The notes under the pieces were generated by a model. That model did not search any database. It had not been told where the DNA came from and saw nothing but the letters and a program-made list of their open reading frames with translations. DNA of 64,000 nt from Candidatus Methanomethylophilaceae archaeon. Its GTDB lineage: Archaea > Thermoplasmatota > Thermoplasmata > Methanomassiliicoccales > Methanomethylophilaceae. The DNA lies in the NCBI GenBank assembly GCA_944320495.1, contig CALUHR010000008.1:42249-106248 (forward strand), read 5' to 3'. This document shows, piece after piece, positions 32,738-43,558 of this stretch (its first letter is position 1; each line of letters begins with the position of its first letter). The position numbers were made by a program, and so were the translations under genes.

Positions 32738-34426
32738 ATGTTCATACCCACCACCAGGGAGGAGATGGACCGCCTGGGCTGGGACCGGGCGGACATCCTG
32801 CTGGTCTCGGGTGACACCTACACCGACAACTCCTACAACGGGACCGCCCTGGTGGGCCACTGGCTGATGGACCACGGGTACAGGGTCGGCATCATAGCAC
32901 AGCCGAGGGTCAACACGGGGGAGGACATCTCCCGCCTCGGCCGCCCCAGGTTGTTCTGGTCCGTCTCGGCCGGATGCGTAGACTCCATGGTGGCGAACTA
33001 CACGCCGACCAGGAAGTTCCGCAAGGAGGACGACTTCACCCCGGGAGGCGTCAACGACCGCCGTCCGGACAGGGCCTGCATCGCCTACACCAACCTGATC
33101 AAGAGGCACTGCAAGGGGGAGCCGGTGTTCCTGGCGGGCGTCGAGGCCAGTCTCAGACGCATCGCGCACTACGACTTCTGGTCCGACTCCGTCCGCCGCT
33201 CCGTGCTCTTCGACGCGAAGGCCGACGGGATCGTCTACGGGATGGGGGAGCTGACCAACCTCCAGATCGCCGAGAGGCTGGATTCCGGCGATGACTGGAG
33301 GGACCTCCGCGGCGTCTGCCACGCATCCTCATCGAAACCGGACGGATGCGTGGAGATGCCCTCGTACGAGGAGGTCTCCAGGAGGGACGATCGGAGGGCG
33401 TTCATGAGGGCGTTCTCCATCCTGAGGCACAACTCCGACCCCGTCACCGCGAGACAGCTCTGCCAGGCCCACGGGAACCGCTGGCTGGTGCAGAACCGCC
33501 CCCAGAGGTGCATGACCACGGAGGAGCTCGACGCGGCCTACGAGTCCTCCTTCGAGAACAGGGTCCACCCCTTCTACGCCGGAGGCGGACGCGTCGCCGC
33601 CCTGGACACCGTCAGGAACTCCGTCACCACGCATAGGGGATGCTACGGGGACTGCTCCTTCTGCGCCATAGCGGCGCACCAGGGGACGACGGTCGTCTCG
33701 AGATCGCACGACTCCATCATGAGGGAGGTCCGTCGCATGGCCGCCTCCGAGGGTTTCGACGGCGTCATACGCGATGTGGGAGGGGCCACGGCCAACATGT
33801 ACGGGATCGAATGCACCAAGAAGCTCTCGAACGGGAGGTGCGAGGATAGGAGATGCCTCGGAGGGAGACCGTGTCCGAGGCTGCCGATCGACCACTCGGA
33901 GCAGATCCGCCTGCTGGATGACGTATCGTCGGTGGACGGTGTGCGCAGAGTGTTCATCGCCTCCGGCATAAGGCACGACATGGTGCTCGCGGACAGGCGC
34001 AGGGGCGGGGACTACCTGGACAGGGTCGTCTCCGAGCACGTGTCCGGACAGATGAAGGTCGCCCCGGAGCACGTGTGCGACGATGTTCTCAGGCTGATGG
34101 GCAAGCCCGGCAGGGATGCCCTGCTGGGATTCAAGGGCATGTTCGACGAGTGCTGCAGGGAGCGCGGGAAGGAGGAGTTCCTCACCTACTACCTGATGGC
34201 CGCGCATCCCGGATGCACCCGGGACCACATGCGCGAACTCGCATCCTTCTGTACCAGGGAGCTCGGCACCCATCCCGAGCAGGTGCAGGTCTTCACCCCG
34301 ACCCCTTCCACGTATTCGACGGCAATGTGGTGGTGCGGCACCGACGAGAGGGGCCGTCCGGTGACCGTCGAACGCTCCATCCAGGGCAGGCAGAGGCAGA
34401 AGGAGATGGTCTGCGGGAGGCGCCGA
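32738..34426 (+). CDS. YgiQ/UPF0313 family radical SAM protein
   Basis: DILLVSGDTY, SAGCVDSMV, THRGCYGDCSFC, APEH, QVFTPTP; ends VCGRR-CGA overlapping the next ATG. Standard end 34588. Confidence 0.92.
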
Positions 34427-35097
34427 TGGACGCCTGTCTCTCCCGCTTGGTCTCCGAACGCTGCGGATGCGAGGTGGACGCTTCGTTCATCAGAAGGAAG
34501 GAGTTCCGCTTCGCATGGGGCACGCGCGACGGACGTCCCGTCATCCAGATATCGGACTATCTCCGGGACGCCCCGGACCAGGTCCTGACGGACTTCGGGG
34601 AGATGCTGGTCCGTCGCTCCAGGAAGCAGAGGACCGCCGTTCCGGCGTCGTTCTGCGAATACGTGGCCACCGACGACTTCGTCATATCCCGGAGGCCCAC
34701 CTACATCGATCGCAGCAGGAACCTGCTCCGCACCGACATCGGGGACCACGCCTTCATACCGGACTCGATCCAGAGGCTCCTGGACGCGGGGCTGCTGACA
34801 CCCGAGGACATTCGCAACTCCTGGTTCTCCTGGACCCGCAGGGACAACCTGCGCAGGCTGGGGTTCTGCTCCACGCTGTTCCGTGTCGTGGGGATATCCT
34901 CTGCCCTGGACTCGCCGGAAGTCCCGGATTCCATCAGGGACTATGTGGTCTACCATGAGTGCCTGCATCTCAGGCAGGGATACCGCCCCGGCGGGCGCAT
35001 CCATGATGCGGAGTTTCGTCGTTGGGAGCGCTCCTACCCCGGATGGAAGGAATGCGAGAACGCCCTTCGCACCCTCCACCGCCGGACAGGTTCTTGA
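34426..35097 (+). CDS. Zinc metalloprotease, M48/SprT-like (HExxH)
   Basis: DYVVYHECLHL..HDAEFRRWE. Confidence 0.75.
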   Translation: MDACLSRLVSERCGCEVDASFIRRKEFRFAWGTRDGRPVIQISDYLRDAPDQVLTDFGEMLVRRSRKQRTAVPASFCEYVATDDFVISRRPTYIDRSRNLLRTDIGDHAFIPDSIQRLLDAGLLTPEDIRNSWFSWTRRDNLRRLGFCSTLFRVVGISSALDSPEVPDSIRDYVVYHECLHLRQGYRPGGRIHDAEFRRWERSYPGWKECENALRTLHRRTGS

Positions 35098-35119
35098 ATG
35101 ACGAGCCGATTCGGCATCC

Positions 35120-35995
35120 ATGGAGCAGAGAGGCTTCGTGTTCCACGGAACCGACGGAGAGGCCGTGTACAGCATAGACCAGGTCAGGGAGCTCGCCTCC
35201 CGCGACGATCCGGACGGGGTGTACGCCCTCGCGATGGCATACCTCTTCGGATGGGACGTCGAGGCCGATGAGGACAGGGGATACGATCTTCTCGAGAAGG
35301 CAGTGGGGCTCGGACAGACCGACGCCATGGCCCTGATGGTCCGCCTGTACATGCAGAACGAGTACGACGGCATCGACAACGAGCGCGCCGCCGAACTTTC
35401 GATCACAGCGGCCAAGGACGGCATCCCCGAGGCGCAGCTCTATGCCGGCCTCGCCTACATGGACGGGGTCTCCGTACCCCAGGACTATGCGGAGGCGTCC
35501 CGCTACCTGTCCCTCGCGGCCAACCAGGGCGACCAGGAGGCCAGGACCGCGCTGGCGTACCTCTACGAGAACGGCCTGGGCGTGGGGAAGGACGAGGCCA
35601 AGGCATTCTCCATGTACAGGACGGCCGCCCGCGGAGGATGCGTGAACGCCATGTTCCACGCCGGCATCTGCCTCGAGTTCGGCATCGGCACCAAGGCGGA
35701 CCCCGACAAGGCCAAGGGATGGTATCTCGAGGGCTCCAAGGGAGGGGATGCCTTCGCCATGGAGAGGCTCGGCCACCTGACCCTCGATGAGGATCCCGGG
35801 GAGGCCTTCGAATGGTTCCTCAAGGCCGCCCTCGAGGGTGTGACCACCGCCATGGGGACCGTCGGGTTCTGCTATCTGAACGGGGTCGGGACGGAGGCCG
35901 ACAGGACGGAGGCCGTGAAATGGCTCCGCATGGCGGCCGACAACGGCATCGAGGAGGCCTCGGAGGCGCTCTCCGAGCTGGGGGGTCGCCACCGA
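35120..35995 (+). CDS. Sel1-like repeat protein
   Basis: Multiple A..G..AQ..LG..Y..G.G repeats; ends LGGRH-CGA. Standard end 36034. Confidence 0.88.
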
Positions 35996-36056
35996 TGGGG
36001 AGCGATCCCTCTGCCAAGAAAGTTAAAGCAGTGAGTGCATCGCCGTGGCGATTCCA

Positions 36057-36725
36057 ATGACCGCAGGCGATTCTCTCGAGACCATGGCGGCTGGGGGAGA
36101 CCCAGATTCGCAGTTCCAGCTCGGCGTCCAGTACCTCTACGGCACCGGCGACACCCCCAAGGACGCCTCCAAGGCCGCCGAATGGTTCAGGAAGGCCATG
36201 GAGAGCGGACATGTCCCCGCCATCAGGGAGTACGGGATTCTCGTCGCATCCAGCGAGGGCGTCGAGGCCGACCCGGAGGAGGGGGCACGCATCCTCGGAA
36301 GGGCGGCCGACGAGCTCGACCCCAGCGCGATGTACCATCTCGGCCTGATGTACGAGAAGGGCATCGGCGTGCCCGTGGACATGCAGAAGGCCGTCAGGCT
36401 CCTCGCTTACGCGGCCATGATGGGCTATCCCGGCGCCGACATCGACGCACAGCGCATCGATGACATCCTCACCGAGGAGCGCAACAGGCGCCTGAAGTCC
36501 AGGCCCGTCATCAAGCTCATGCTCTCCGACGTGGACGTGGAGGCGGCCTGCTGCCCGAGGATGCTTGACGACCTCCTGGCCCAGAGGACCGTTTTCACCG
36601 AGAGCGAGGAGGGCCCCGCCCTGCTCGGCGACGACGCCCAGGGATTCGAGGCCGTCTTCCACGCGTGCCCCTACTGCGGAGCTCCCATCCAGATCGTTCC
36701 GAGGGACAAGCAGTACTTCGGATGA
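36057..36725 (+). CDS. Sel1-like repeat protein with C-terminal CxxC element
   Basis: SQFQLGVQYLYG, AMYHLGLMYEKG, CPYCG. Confidence 0.85.
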   Translation: MTAGDSLETMAAGGDPDSQFQLGVQYLYGTGDTPKDASKAAEWFRKAMESGHVPAIREYGILVASSEGVEADPEEGARILGRAADELDPSAMYHLGLMYEKGIGVPVDMQKAVRLLAYAAMMGYPGADIDAQRIDDILTEERNRRLKSRPVIKLMLSDVDVEAACCPRMLDDLLAQRTVFTESEEGPALLGDDAQGFEAVFHACPYCGAPIQIVPRDKQYFG

Positions 36726-37679
36726 TCGCATCCGGGCGGCCAGGAACTCGGCCGCCTCGGGGCATCCTATCTCGGATGACAGCCTGATCAGCCCCATGCC
36801 CTTGCGCTCGTCGGCTTCGATGCCCTCCCCGTTGAGGTACATCAGCCCGAGCATGAATATGGCCAGTGGATCCCACGATTCCGCCGCACCCCTGAAGAGG
36901 CTTCTGGCGGAGCCGAGGTCCCTCTCCACCCCTAAGCCTGAATAGTACATCATCCCCAGCGTGAGCATGGACTCGCGATCGCCGCGTTCCGCCGAGCATG
37001 ACAGCATCCGGGCGGCCAGGACCTCGTCCTTCGCGACGCCGTCGCCGTACAGGTAGCGGAGGCCGATCTCCCTCAGCGAGTTGGGCTCCCCGTGCGATGC
37101 GGCGATGCCGTACCACTCCACCGCCTTTGCCGGATCCTTCCCCGTCCCCTCGCCGGTCTCGAACATGCGCGCGACGTTGAACATCGCATCGACGTTGCCA
37201 TGGTCGGCGGATTTCGAGAAGAGGGCGAACGCCTCAGACCTGTCCAGACGTGTGCCCCAGCCGTTGTAGTACAGGATCCCTAGGTTGCACTGCGCGCCCG
37301 GATGGCCCTGGTCGGCGGCAAGTAGATACCACTTGGCGGCCTCCATCTTGTTGACCGGTATGCCGAGACCCTTGTCGCAGATGTAGCCGAGTCCGTACTG
37401 CGCCTCGGAGTACCCCTGGTCCGCTGCTTTGCGGTACCAGTGGATGGCCTCCGTCGCATCGGCCGGCATCCCGATCCCGTTGAGCAGGAAGTAGCCGTAG
37501 GTGTACTGCGCCTCGGCATATCCGGAACGGGCGGCATCGGAGATGAGGGAGACCGCCCTCTTCGGGTCCCTCTCGACGCCGTCGCCTTCGTAACAGCGTC
37601 TGCCCAGAATGTACTGCGCCTCGGGATCGCCGCGTTCGGAACGGGCGGTCAGCTCCAGGATGGAATGGCCGTCGGACAT
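36726..37679 (-). CDS. Sel1-like repeat protein
   Basis: About 8 Sel1 repeats, ends EAAEFLAARM-CGA abutting the convergent gene's TGA. Standard code overlaps about 900 nt of the opposite genes. Confidence 0.9.
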
Positions 37680-37836
37680 ATGACCATAAACCGACTATCT
37701 CCAATTAATGATGTCTGTCGAACTGGGACGCATCCATCGTTCCAGGATGGGACAGTCACCCATCGTCGGCTGATCGCACGGATCCCACGCGTCTTTCGAT
37801 GCAGAATCTATATGTCCGTACTCCATTCCGAATCCC

Positions 37837-38394
37837 ATGGCAGACCCACAGACCGAGGAGTACACCCTGGAGGAGGCCGCTGCGATCATAGAGGCGGCCA
37901 TCGACAGGAAGAAATCTGAGATTGAGTGCCTGCGGAAGCGCGCGAACCGCCTCAAGAAGGAGGAGAAGGTCAACGCCAACCGCCAGCTCGTCGCCTATCT
38001 CGAGGCTGACGTGACCGCATACACCACCGTTCTCGCCGACATGCGCGACGACGACGCCCTCCTCGAGGGTCTCGACCTGGACGCCGAGCCCGTGGAGGTC
38101 CCGGACGACTACCAGGACTACATCGACGGACTCTCCGCGGACGACCTCGAGAACGAGATGGACGCGGAGTCCATCCGCGCCGACTACTGCGACGCCGTCG
38201 TCGAGGAGATGTGCACCTCCATCGGCGAGCAGGCCCTCAGCTCCAAGAAGATGGTGAAGGCCCTCCTGGAGGACCCGTACGCACTGGAGCAGATCGGCGA
38301 GGTCGTGTTCTACGACGACTACCTCTACGACCTCTTCAAGACCATCTCCGCCGAGAAGGCTGAGAAGAAGTCCAAGAAGAAAAAGAAGAAGTGA
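37837..38394 (+). CDS. Acidic hypothetical protein with poly-Lys tail
   Basis: 185 aa, strong host codon bias, ends KKSKKKKKK. Confidence 0.8.
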   Translation: MADPQTEEYTLEEAAAIIEAAIDRKKSEIECLRKRANRLKKEEKVNANRQLVAYLEADVTAYTTVLADMRDDDALLEGLDLDAEPVEVPDDYQDYIDGLSADDLENEMDAESIRADYCDAVVEEMCTSIGEQALSSKKMVKALLEDPYALEQIGEVVFYDDYLYDLFKTISAEKAEKKSKKKKKK

Positions 38395-39089
38395 TCCCGG
38401 TGCCCGCAAGCAAGTACGAGAGGGAGCTGAGATTCATCGATTCCGAGGTCGCCAGGCTCAACCGCGGACTCAAGGACCTAGCGGAACGCATGCCCGACAG
38501 CCCTTCAGAGGCGGCCAGAAAGGCCGACGAGGTTCTGGGCATCCAGGACAAGATCGCCACCCTGATCGCCAGGAAGCGCGAGATCGAGGACTCCTTCATC
38601 AGGGCCGGGATGGACGTCCCCGACATCGGACGCAGCATGAACGCCACCGTCCACAACGCCGGGGGATTCGAGATCCACGGGACCCAGGAGGCGGAGACCG
38701 TGGCCGGCCTTAAGCCGACCCAGATGTCCATCGAGGGCATCAACGAGGACATCCGCAGCATCAACGCGGAGCTCGCCTCCATCGAGGACCGCCGGGTCGC
38801 CGCCGAGATCGAGGGCGACTCCGACGAGGTCCAGAAGCTCGACATGATGGCATCGTCCCTCCGTTCCAGGAGGGACTCCCTGATCCAGTCCGCCAGAGAG
38901 ATCCGCTCCGCCCCCAAGGAGGAGGAGCCCTCGCAGGTGAGCGGCGAGGATCTCGAGAGGATCGCCAGACTCGAGTCCGAGACGGCCTCCCTGCGCTCGC
39001 AGGTCTCCGACGTGAGGAACGGCCTGCAGGACGTCAAGGAGCAGCTCAGGCAGATCATGCTGGCCCTGGGCATCGAACCGGACGAATGA
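38391..39089 (+). CDS. Coiled-coil hypothetical protein
   Basis: GTGA overlap with the upstream stop; heptad-rich. Confidence 0.75.
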   Translation: MIPVPASKYERELRFIDSEVARLNRGLKDLAERMPDSPSEAARKADEVLGIQDKIATLIARKREIEDSFIRAGMDVPDIGRSMNATVHNAGGFEIHGTQEAETVAGLKPTQMSIEGINEDIRSINAELASIEDRRVAAEIEGDSDEVQKLDMMASSLRSRRDSLIQSAREIRSAPKEEEPSQVSGEDLERIARLESETASLRSQVSDVRNGLQDVKEQLRQIMLALGIEPDE

Positions 39090-41162
39090 TCGTCCCTCCG
39101 CGGCCTCGATGAGGCCGCGGATCAACTCCCCTTCCCTTGCGGACCAGAAGCCGACGTCACATACCACGACGAGTCTGCGTCTGGCCCTTGAGACCGCCGT
39201 GTTGATCACCCTTCTGCCCATCGGCGTCTCCGAGCTCGTGAACCTCAGGGGGACGTCCCTGTTCACGGTCCCGCTGTCCGCCACGCTGAGCACCACCGTG
39301 TCCCATTCCCTCCCCTGGGACCCGTGGACGGTCATCACGCAGTCTGAATACCTGCGCCCCACCTTGGACCTCAGGAGCCTGCACTGCGCCGTGTAAGGCG
39401 AAAGGACGCACACATCCGAGGGGTCTGGCGACGAAGCCTTCAGCAGCCTGGCTATGGCATCCGCCTCCGCCCTGTTCTCGCGGGTGTCGCGCTCCCCGCA
39501 GACGACGTCGATGCACTCTATCGACATGTCCGTCTCCGAGGAACCGGTCATGCCGTTGCGGTAGACGTAGCGGTCCAGGACCCTGGCGAGGGATTCCCCG
39601 AACCTCCTCGAATCTGTCAGGTCCCTGCGCACTGTGACCGAGAAGGACGGCCCGGAGCCGGAGATGTACTCGGCACGCAGGTCGATCAGGCCTCTTGTGA
39701 GGACGGTCTCGCAATGGAGGGCGGACATGTTCCAGATGAACGCATCGGAAAGCCATCCGCCCGACTGAGCCCTGTCCATGAGCAGGGCCTCGTCGAGCTG
39801 GGTCACCGGCGGAAGCTGCATGTGGTCCCCGAACATGGCCACCGGCACGCCGTTGGTGAAGAGGGCGAGCGCCTGCACCAGGCCACAGTATCCGGCCTCG
39901 TCGAGGAATATCCTGTCCACGTCGAGCTCCATCCTCCCGTCCTCGGGGGAGCCCTTCGGACGGAATCTGGAGATGAACTGGTGGGGCGTCGCCGCGATTA
40001 TCGGAGCACTGGCTATCCTGTTCCCGGTCGACCTGGACCTCAGCACGGACATCTCATCGTAGAGCCTGGAGATCTCCGCCGATATCTCCTCCGCGCTCCA
40101 CTCGCCGTACTCGGAGATCTCCGCCGCCGGACGCTCGCGGTCGAAGAGGGCGGAATGGAGCTATCTCGCGGCCTCCGACAGCGGTACGCCCTCCGACATT
40201 ATCGCGGCGGTCGAAGGGCGCATGGAAGCCACCGTCATTATGTCCCCGATGATGCGCTCCCTCTCAGGATCACCGTCGGCATACCCCTCCGCATCGTCCA
40301 GGATCCCGGCGGACGTCAGGTGCTCGAGCTGGGCCCTTACGGAATCGCAGGCCCTCTCGTAGAGGACCTCCTCGAGATTCCCGATGGACCTGGCACATCC
40401 GTCTATCCTCATCTGGGCCTGGTTGTCCTCGCACATGTCCGGATGCTCCGCGAGGAACCCCTTCGTCGGGACGCCCAGCCTGACTATCCCCTTCGGGACC
40501 CCGTCCTCGCCGAACGCCCCCAGGATCCCCCTCAGCACCTGCTCGACCGAGTTGTTGGTGGGTGCGAACACCGCGACCCTCTCACCGGCCTCGAGACAGC
40601 CGCGGATGCAGGATGCCAGAACGAACTGGGTCTTGCCCGTGCCCGGGGCCCCCCAGACATACGACATCGACGACGAGGCGACCGCCAGGGCCGCCGATTC
40701 CTGCTGTCCGGTCGGGACGCCGGGATATTGCGGCTCGACCGTGTTCTGAGGCTCGCCGGGGGCTCTGACGTAGGCCCCGTACCTGCGGTAGAAGTCCCCC
40801 GCGGCCAGTACCAGGAACTTCATGTCCGCGAGGACCGAGATCCTGGCACCCTCCACGGACATGACGCGGAGGACCTCGGCATCAGGCCTGACCACGATGG
40901 TCCTCGAGATCTCGTCGTACCTCGTGAACCCGGCATCCTGCTCGCCCAGGACCCTCTCGCCTATCCTGAGCAGGAGGCCCGAGGTGTCGCTGAGGCGGGC
41001 CGCCAGATGCAGTATCGCGAAGCCCTGCCTCACATCGGCGGAGGTCACCAGGGTCTCGGACATCCCCATCGGTGGATCCGTCACCCACTGCATGTCCTCC
41101 ATGTAGCGGTAGACGGCATCGGCCGATCCGGAGAACACCGCTGATATCTCTTCCCCATCCAT
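39090..41162 (-). CDS. Superfamily 1 (DNA2/NAM7/Upf1-like) helicase with in-frame TAG at 40161-40163
   Basis: Walker A WGAPGTGKT before the TAG; FLDEAG, GDHMQLPPV, SPYTAQ, TVHGSQGREWD, NTAVSRARRRL after it in the same frame; ends EAAEG-CGA. Confidence 0.88.
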
Positions 41163-41234
41163 GACGCCGTCTGCCGCAATGGGGATTTAAGCGGAACGGC
41201 GCAGGCTACACTCTTCGATATAGGGAGCGTAGCA

Positions 41235-41669
41235 TCAGGAGTAGAAGCTGGCCCAGTTCTGCTCGATGTCCTTGTCATCGAACTTGGGGACTCCCTCGGA
41301 GAAATCGTCCCAGTCCACGGGCTCCCTGGAGAGCACGACGAAGGAGTTGTTCCCTGTGTCGAACTTGATGGCGTCGGAGGAGACCATGATCTTGACGTTG
41401 AACAGCATGCTGATGTTCAGGTCCTTGTAGTCCCCGTCGGGGTCCTCGACGGAACGGTCCCTGCGCAGGCTGTTGATGCGGATCTTGCGCTCCTTGAACA
41501 GGCCCTTCACGACCTTGGTGGCCCTGTCGAGGTAGTATCCGTCGCCCAGTTCCAGCGACCAGTACTCGACGCCCGCCGCATCCGGGCCGACCTCGGCCTC
41601 CGTCCATCCGGTGTAGTCGTCCTTGCTGGTGCCAGCGTAGATCCTGTATTGAATCTCCTTCGAGATCAT
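41235..41669 (-). CDS. Hypothetical protein
   Basis: 144 aa, host-like codon usage. Confidence 0.65.
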   Translation of the reverse strand: MISKEIQYRIYAGTSKDDYTGWTEAEVGPDAAGVEYWSLELGDGYYLDRATKVVKGLFKERKIRINSLRRDRSVEDPDGDYKDLNISMLFNVKIMVSSDAIKFDTGNNSFVVLSREPVDWDDFSEGVPKFDDKDIEQNWASFYS

Positions 41670-41803
41670 CCCGTACCCTGCCTCTCCATGGATGTCCGAT
41701 ATTTAGCTCTTAATCGGCCCCATCCCGGTTTTCGATGGCCGTTATCCCGCCCCGTGAGTAACCGGGGCAATCATCATTATAGCGTCCTCCCGATACGGGT
41801 CGC

Positions 41804-42685
41804 ATGTTCGCGGACGCCTGTGGCAAGGTCTCGGAGTTCTCCAGACCTGTGGTCATCTCGACTAGGCATCAGGACGGCACCATCAAGACCGAATGCGGCA
41901 CGTTCATCGTCCTCAACCGGGACGGCTGGATAATCACCGCCGGCCACATGTACGACTCCTATGTGAAGTACCAGGGGGACCGCAAGAAGGCCGAGGAGAT
42001 CGAGGAGCTCAACGCCGCCCGCAGCTCCAGGCCCGGTGCCCCGTCGCAGCCGGTGAAGCTCGATCCCGGCATGATAACGAACCACTCCTTCTGGTGGGGC
42101 TGGGACGGCGTCCGCATCACCAACGTCTACGTCAACAGGCAGCTGGACATGGCCGTGGGAAGGCTGGAGCCCTTCGACCCCGAATGGGTCCGTGAGTATC
42201 CGGTCCTCAGGGACCCGGACCATCTCCGCCCGGGCACCAGCGTGTGCAGGTCCGGATACCCGTTCGTCAACATCACCGCGTCCTGGGACGACGCGACCTC
42301 CTCGTTCAGGATACCCAAGATCCCGATCAGGGACCTGATATTCCCCAACGAGGGCATACACACGCGGACCGTCGACCGCGGCAGGACCAGGGACGGCGAC
42401 TTCCGCATGCTCTACGTGGAGACGTCGTCGCCCGGGCTCAAAGGCCAGTCGGGGGGCCCCATCTTCGACAGGGAGGGGAGGATCTACGCGATGCAGGTGC
42501 AGACCATGCACATGCCCCTCGGCTTCCATCCCACCGTCGAGTACGACGGCAAGACCGTCGTGGAGAACCAGTTCATGAACGTCGGCCTCGGGGTCCATGT
42601 GGCCACCATCAGGGACGTCCTCGACAGCCGCGGCGTGAGATACGACGCCGAGGAGGACGCCGGGGGATACAGGATCGTGGGCCGA
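41804..42685 (+). CDS. Trypsin-like serine protease
   Basis: ITAGH, DMAV and GQSGGP triad motifs; ends CGA-TGA overlapping the next ATG. Confidence 0.85.
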
Positions 42686-43191
42686 TGACCGAACCGCTCT
42701 TCACCGTGTCGACGGCGTACACGCTGTCCACCTACCGTGACTACAACCGCGCCGTGCAGGCCGCCAACGGAGTCTACCGGAGGATCTGGCTCTCCGCCGT
42801 CATCTACATCGCGGCCGGCGCCCTCCTCTGCCTGCTCCTGGAGACGTGGATGCCCGCGCCGCTGTTCGTCATACTCGCGGCGGTGAACATATGGCTGAAC
42901 TTCAGGAACCTGAGGAGGGCGGAGGACTTCCAGTACCAGCAGGAGCAGCTCATCGGCACGGTGCGCTACGACTTCTACGACGACAGGATCGATGTCACCA
43001 CCACCGACGGTACGACCCAGAACCCGTACTCCGGCGTTCAGCGCGTCTACGAGACCGACAGGTCGTACCTGATCATGTTCGCGCCCATGTCCGGGGCCAT
43101 CCTCCCCCGCGAGGACTGCAGCCCCGAGCTCATCGAGTTCCTCGCTACACGGTTTAAGTTTGAAAGACTACGTTCCCCCCGTTCGATTTAA
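42685..43191 (+). CDS. YcxB-like membrane protein
   Basis: Two TM helices then YDFYDDRI..VYETDRSYLIM..ILPRE. Confidence 0.7.
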   Translation: MTEPLFTVSTAYTLSTYRDYNRAVQAANGVYRRIWLSAVIYIAAGALLCLLLETWMPAPLFVILAAVNIWLNFRNLRRAEDFQYQQEQLIGTVRYDFYDDRIDVTTTDGTTQNPYSGVQRVYETDRSYLIMFAPMSGAILPREDCSPELIEFLATRFKFERLRSPRSI

Positions 43192-43215
43192 ATCTTAACA
43201 TCCTAATAGCTAATC

Positions 43216-43518
43216 ATGGACGACTCCGATATCGAGCGTCTCTCGTTGATCGGAAAGGCGCTCTCAGATCCCAGCAGGATCCGCATACTCCTCAACTTCA
43301 GGGGAAGGACCCTCTCGATCTCCACGATGACGGAAGAGCTGGAGACATACCAGTCCAATCTCTCGTACCACATGTCCATCCTGGTGAAGGCGGGTCTAGT
43401 CACCCGTGTCGACACAGGCAAGTGGCACTATTACGCCGTTGACCCCGAGACCCTCGAGCTGGCTCGCAGGTTCATCACCCAGTGCTCCAAGCGCCCCCGC
43501 TCCCGCAGGCAGGAGCGA
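43216..43518 (+). CDS. ArsR/SmtB family transcriptional regulator
   Basis: KALSDPSRIRIL, QSNLSYHMSILVKAGLV, GKWHYY; CGA gives a typical ~100-aa size. Standard end 43791 overlaps the helicase start. Confidence 0.9.
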
Positions 43519-43558
43519 GGGCCAACTGTTTTTCTATTGGCTCGGATTCCGCCCGGGC

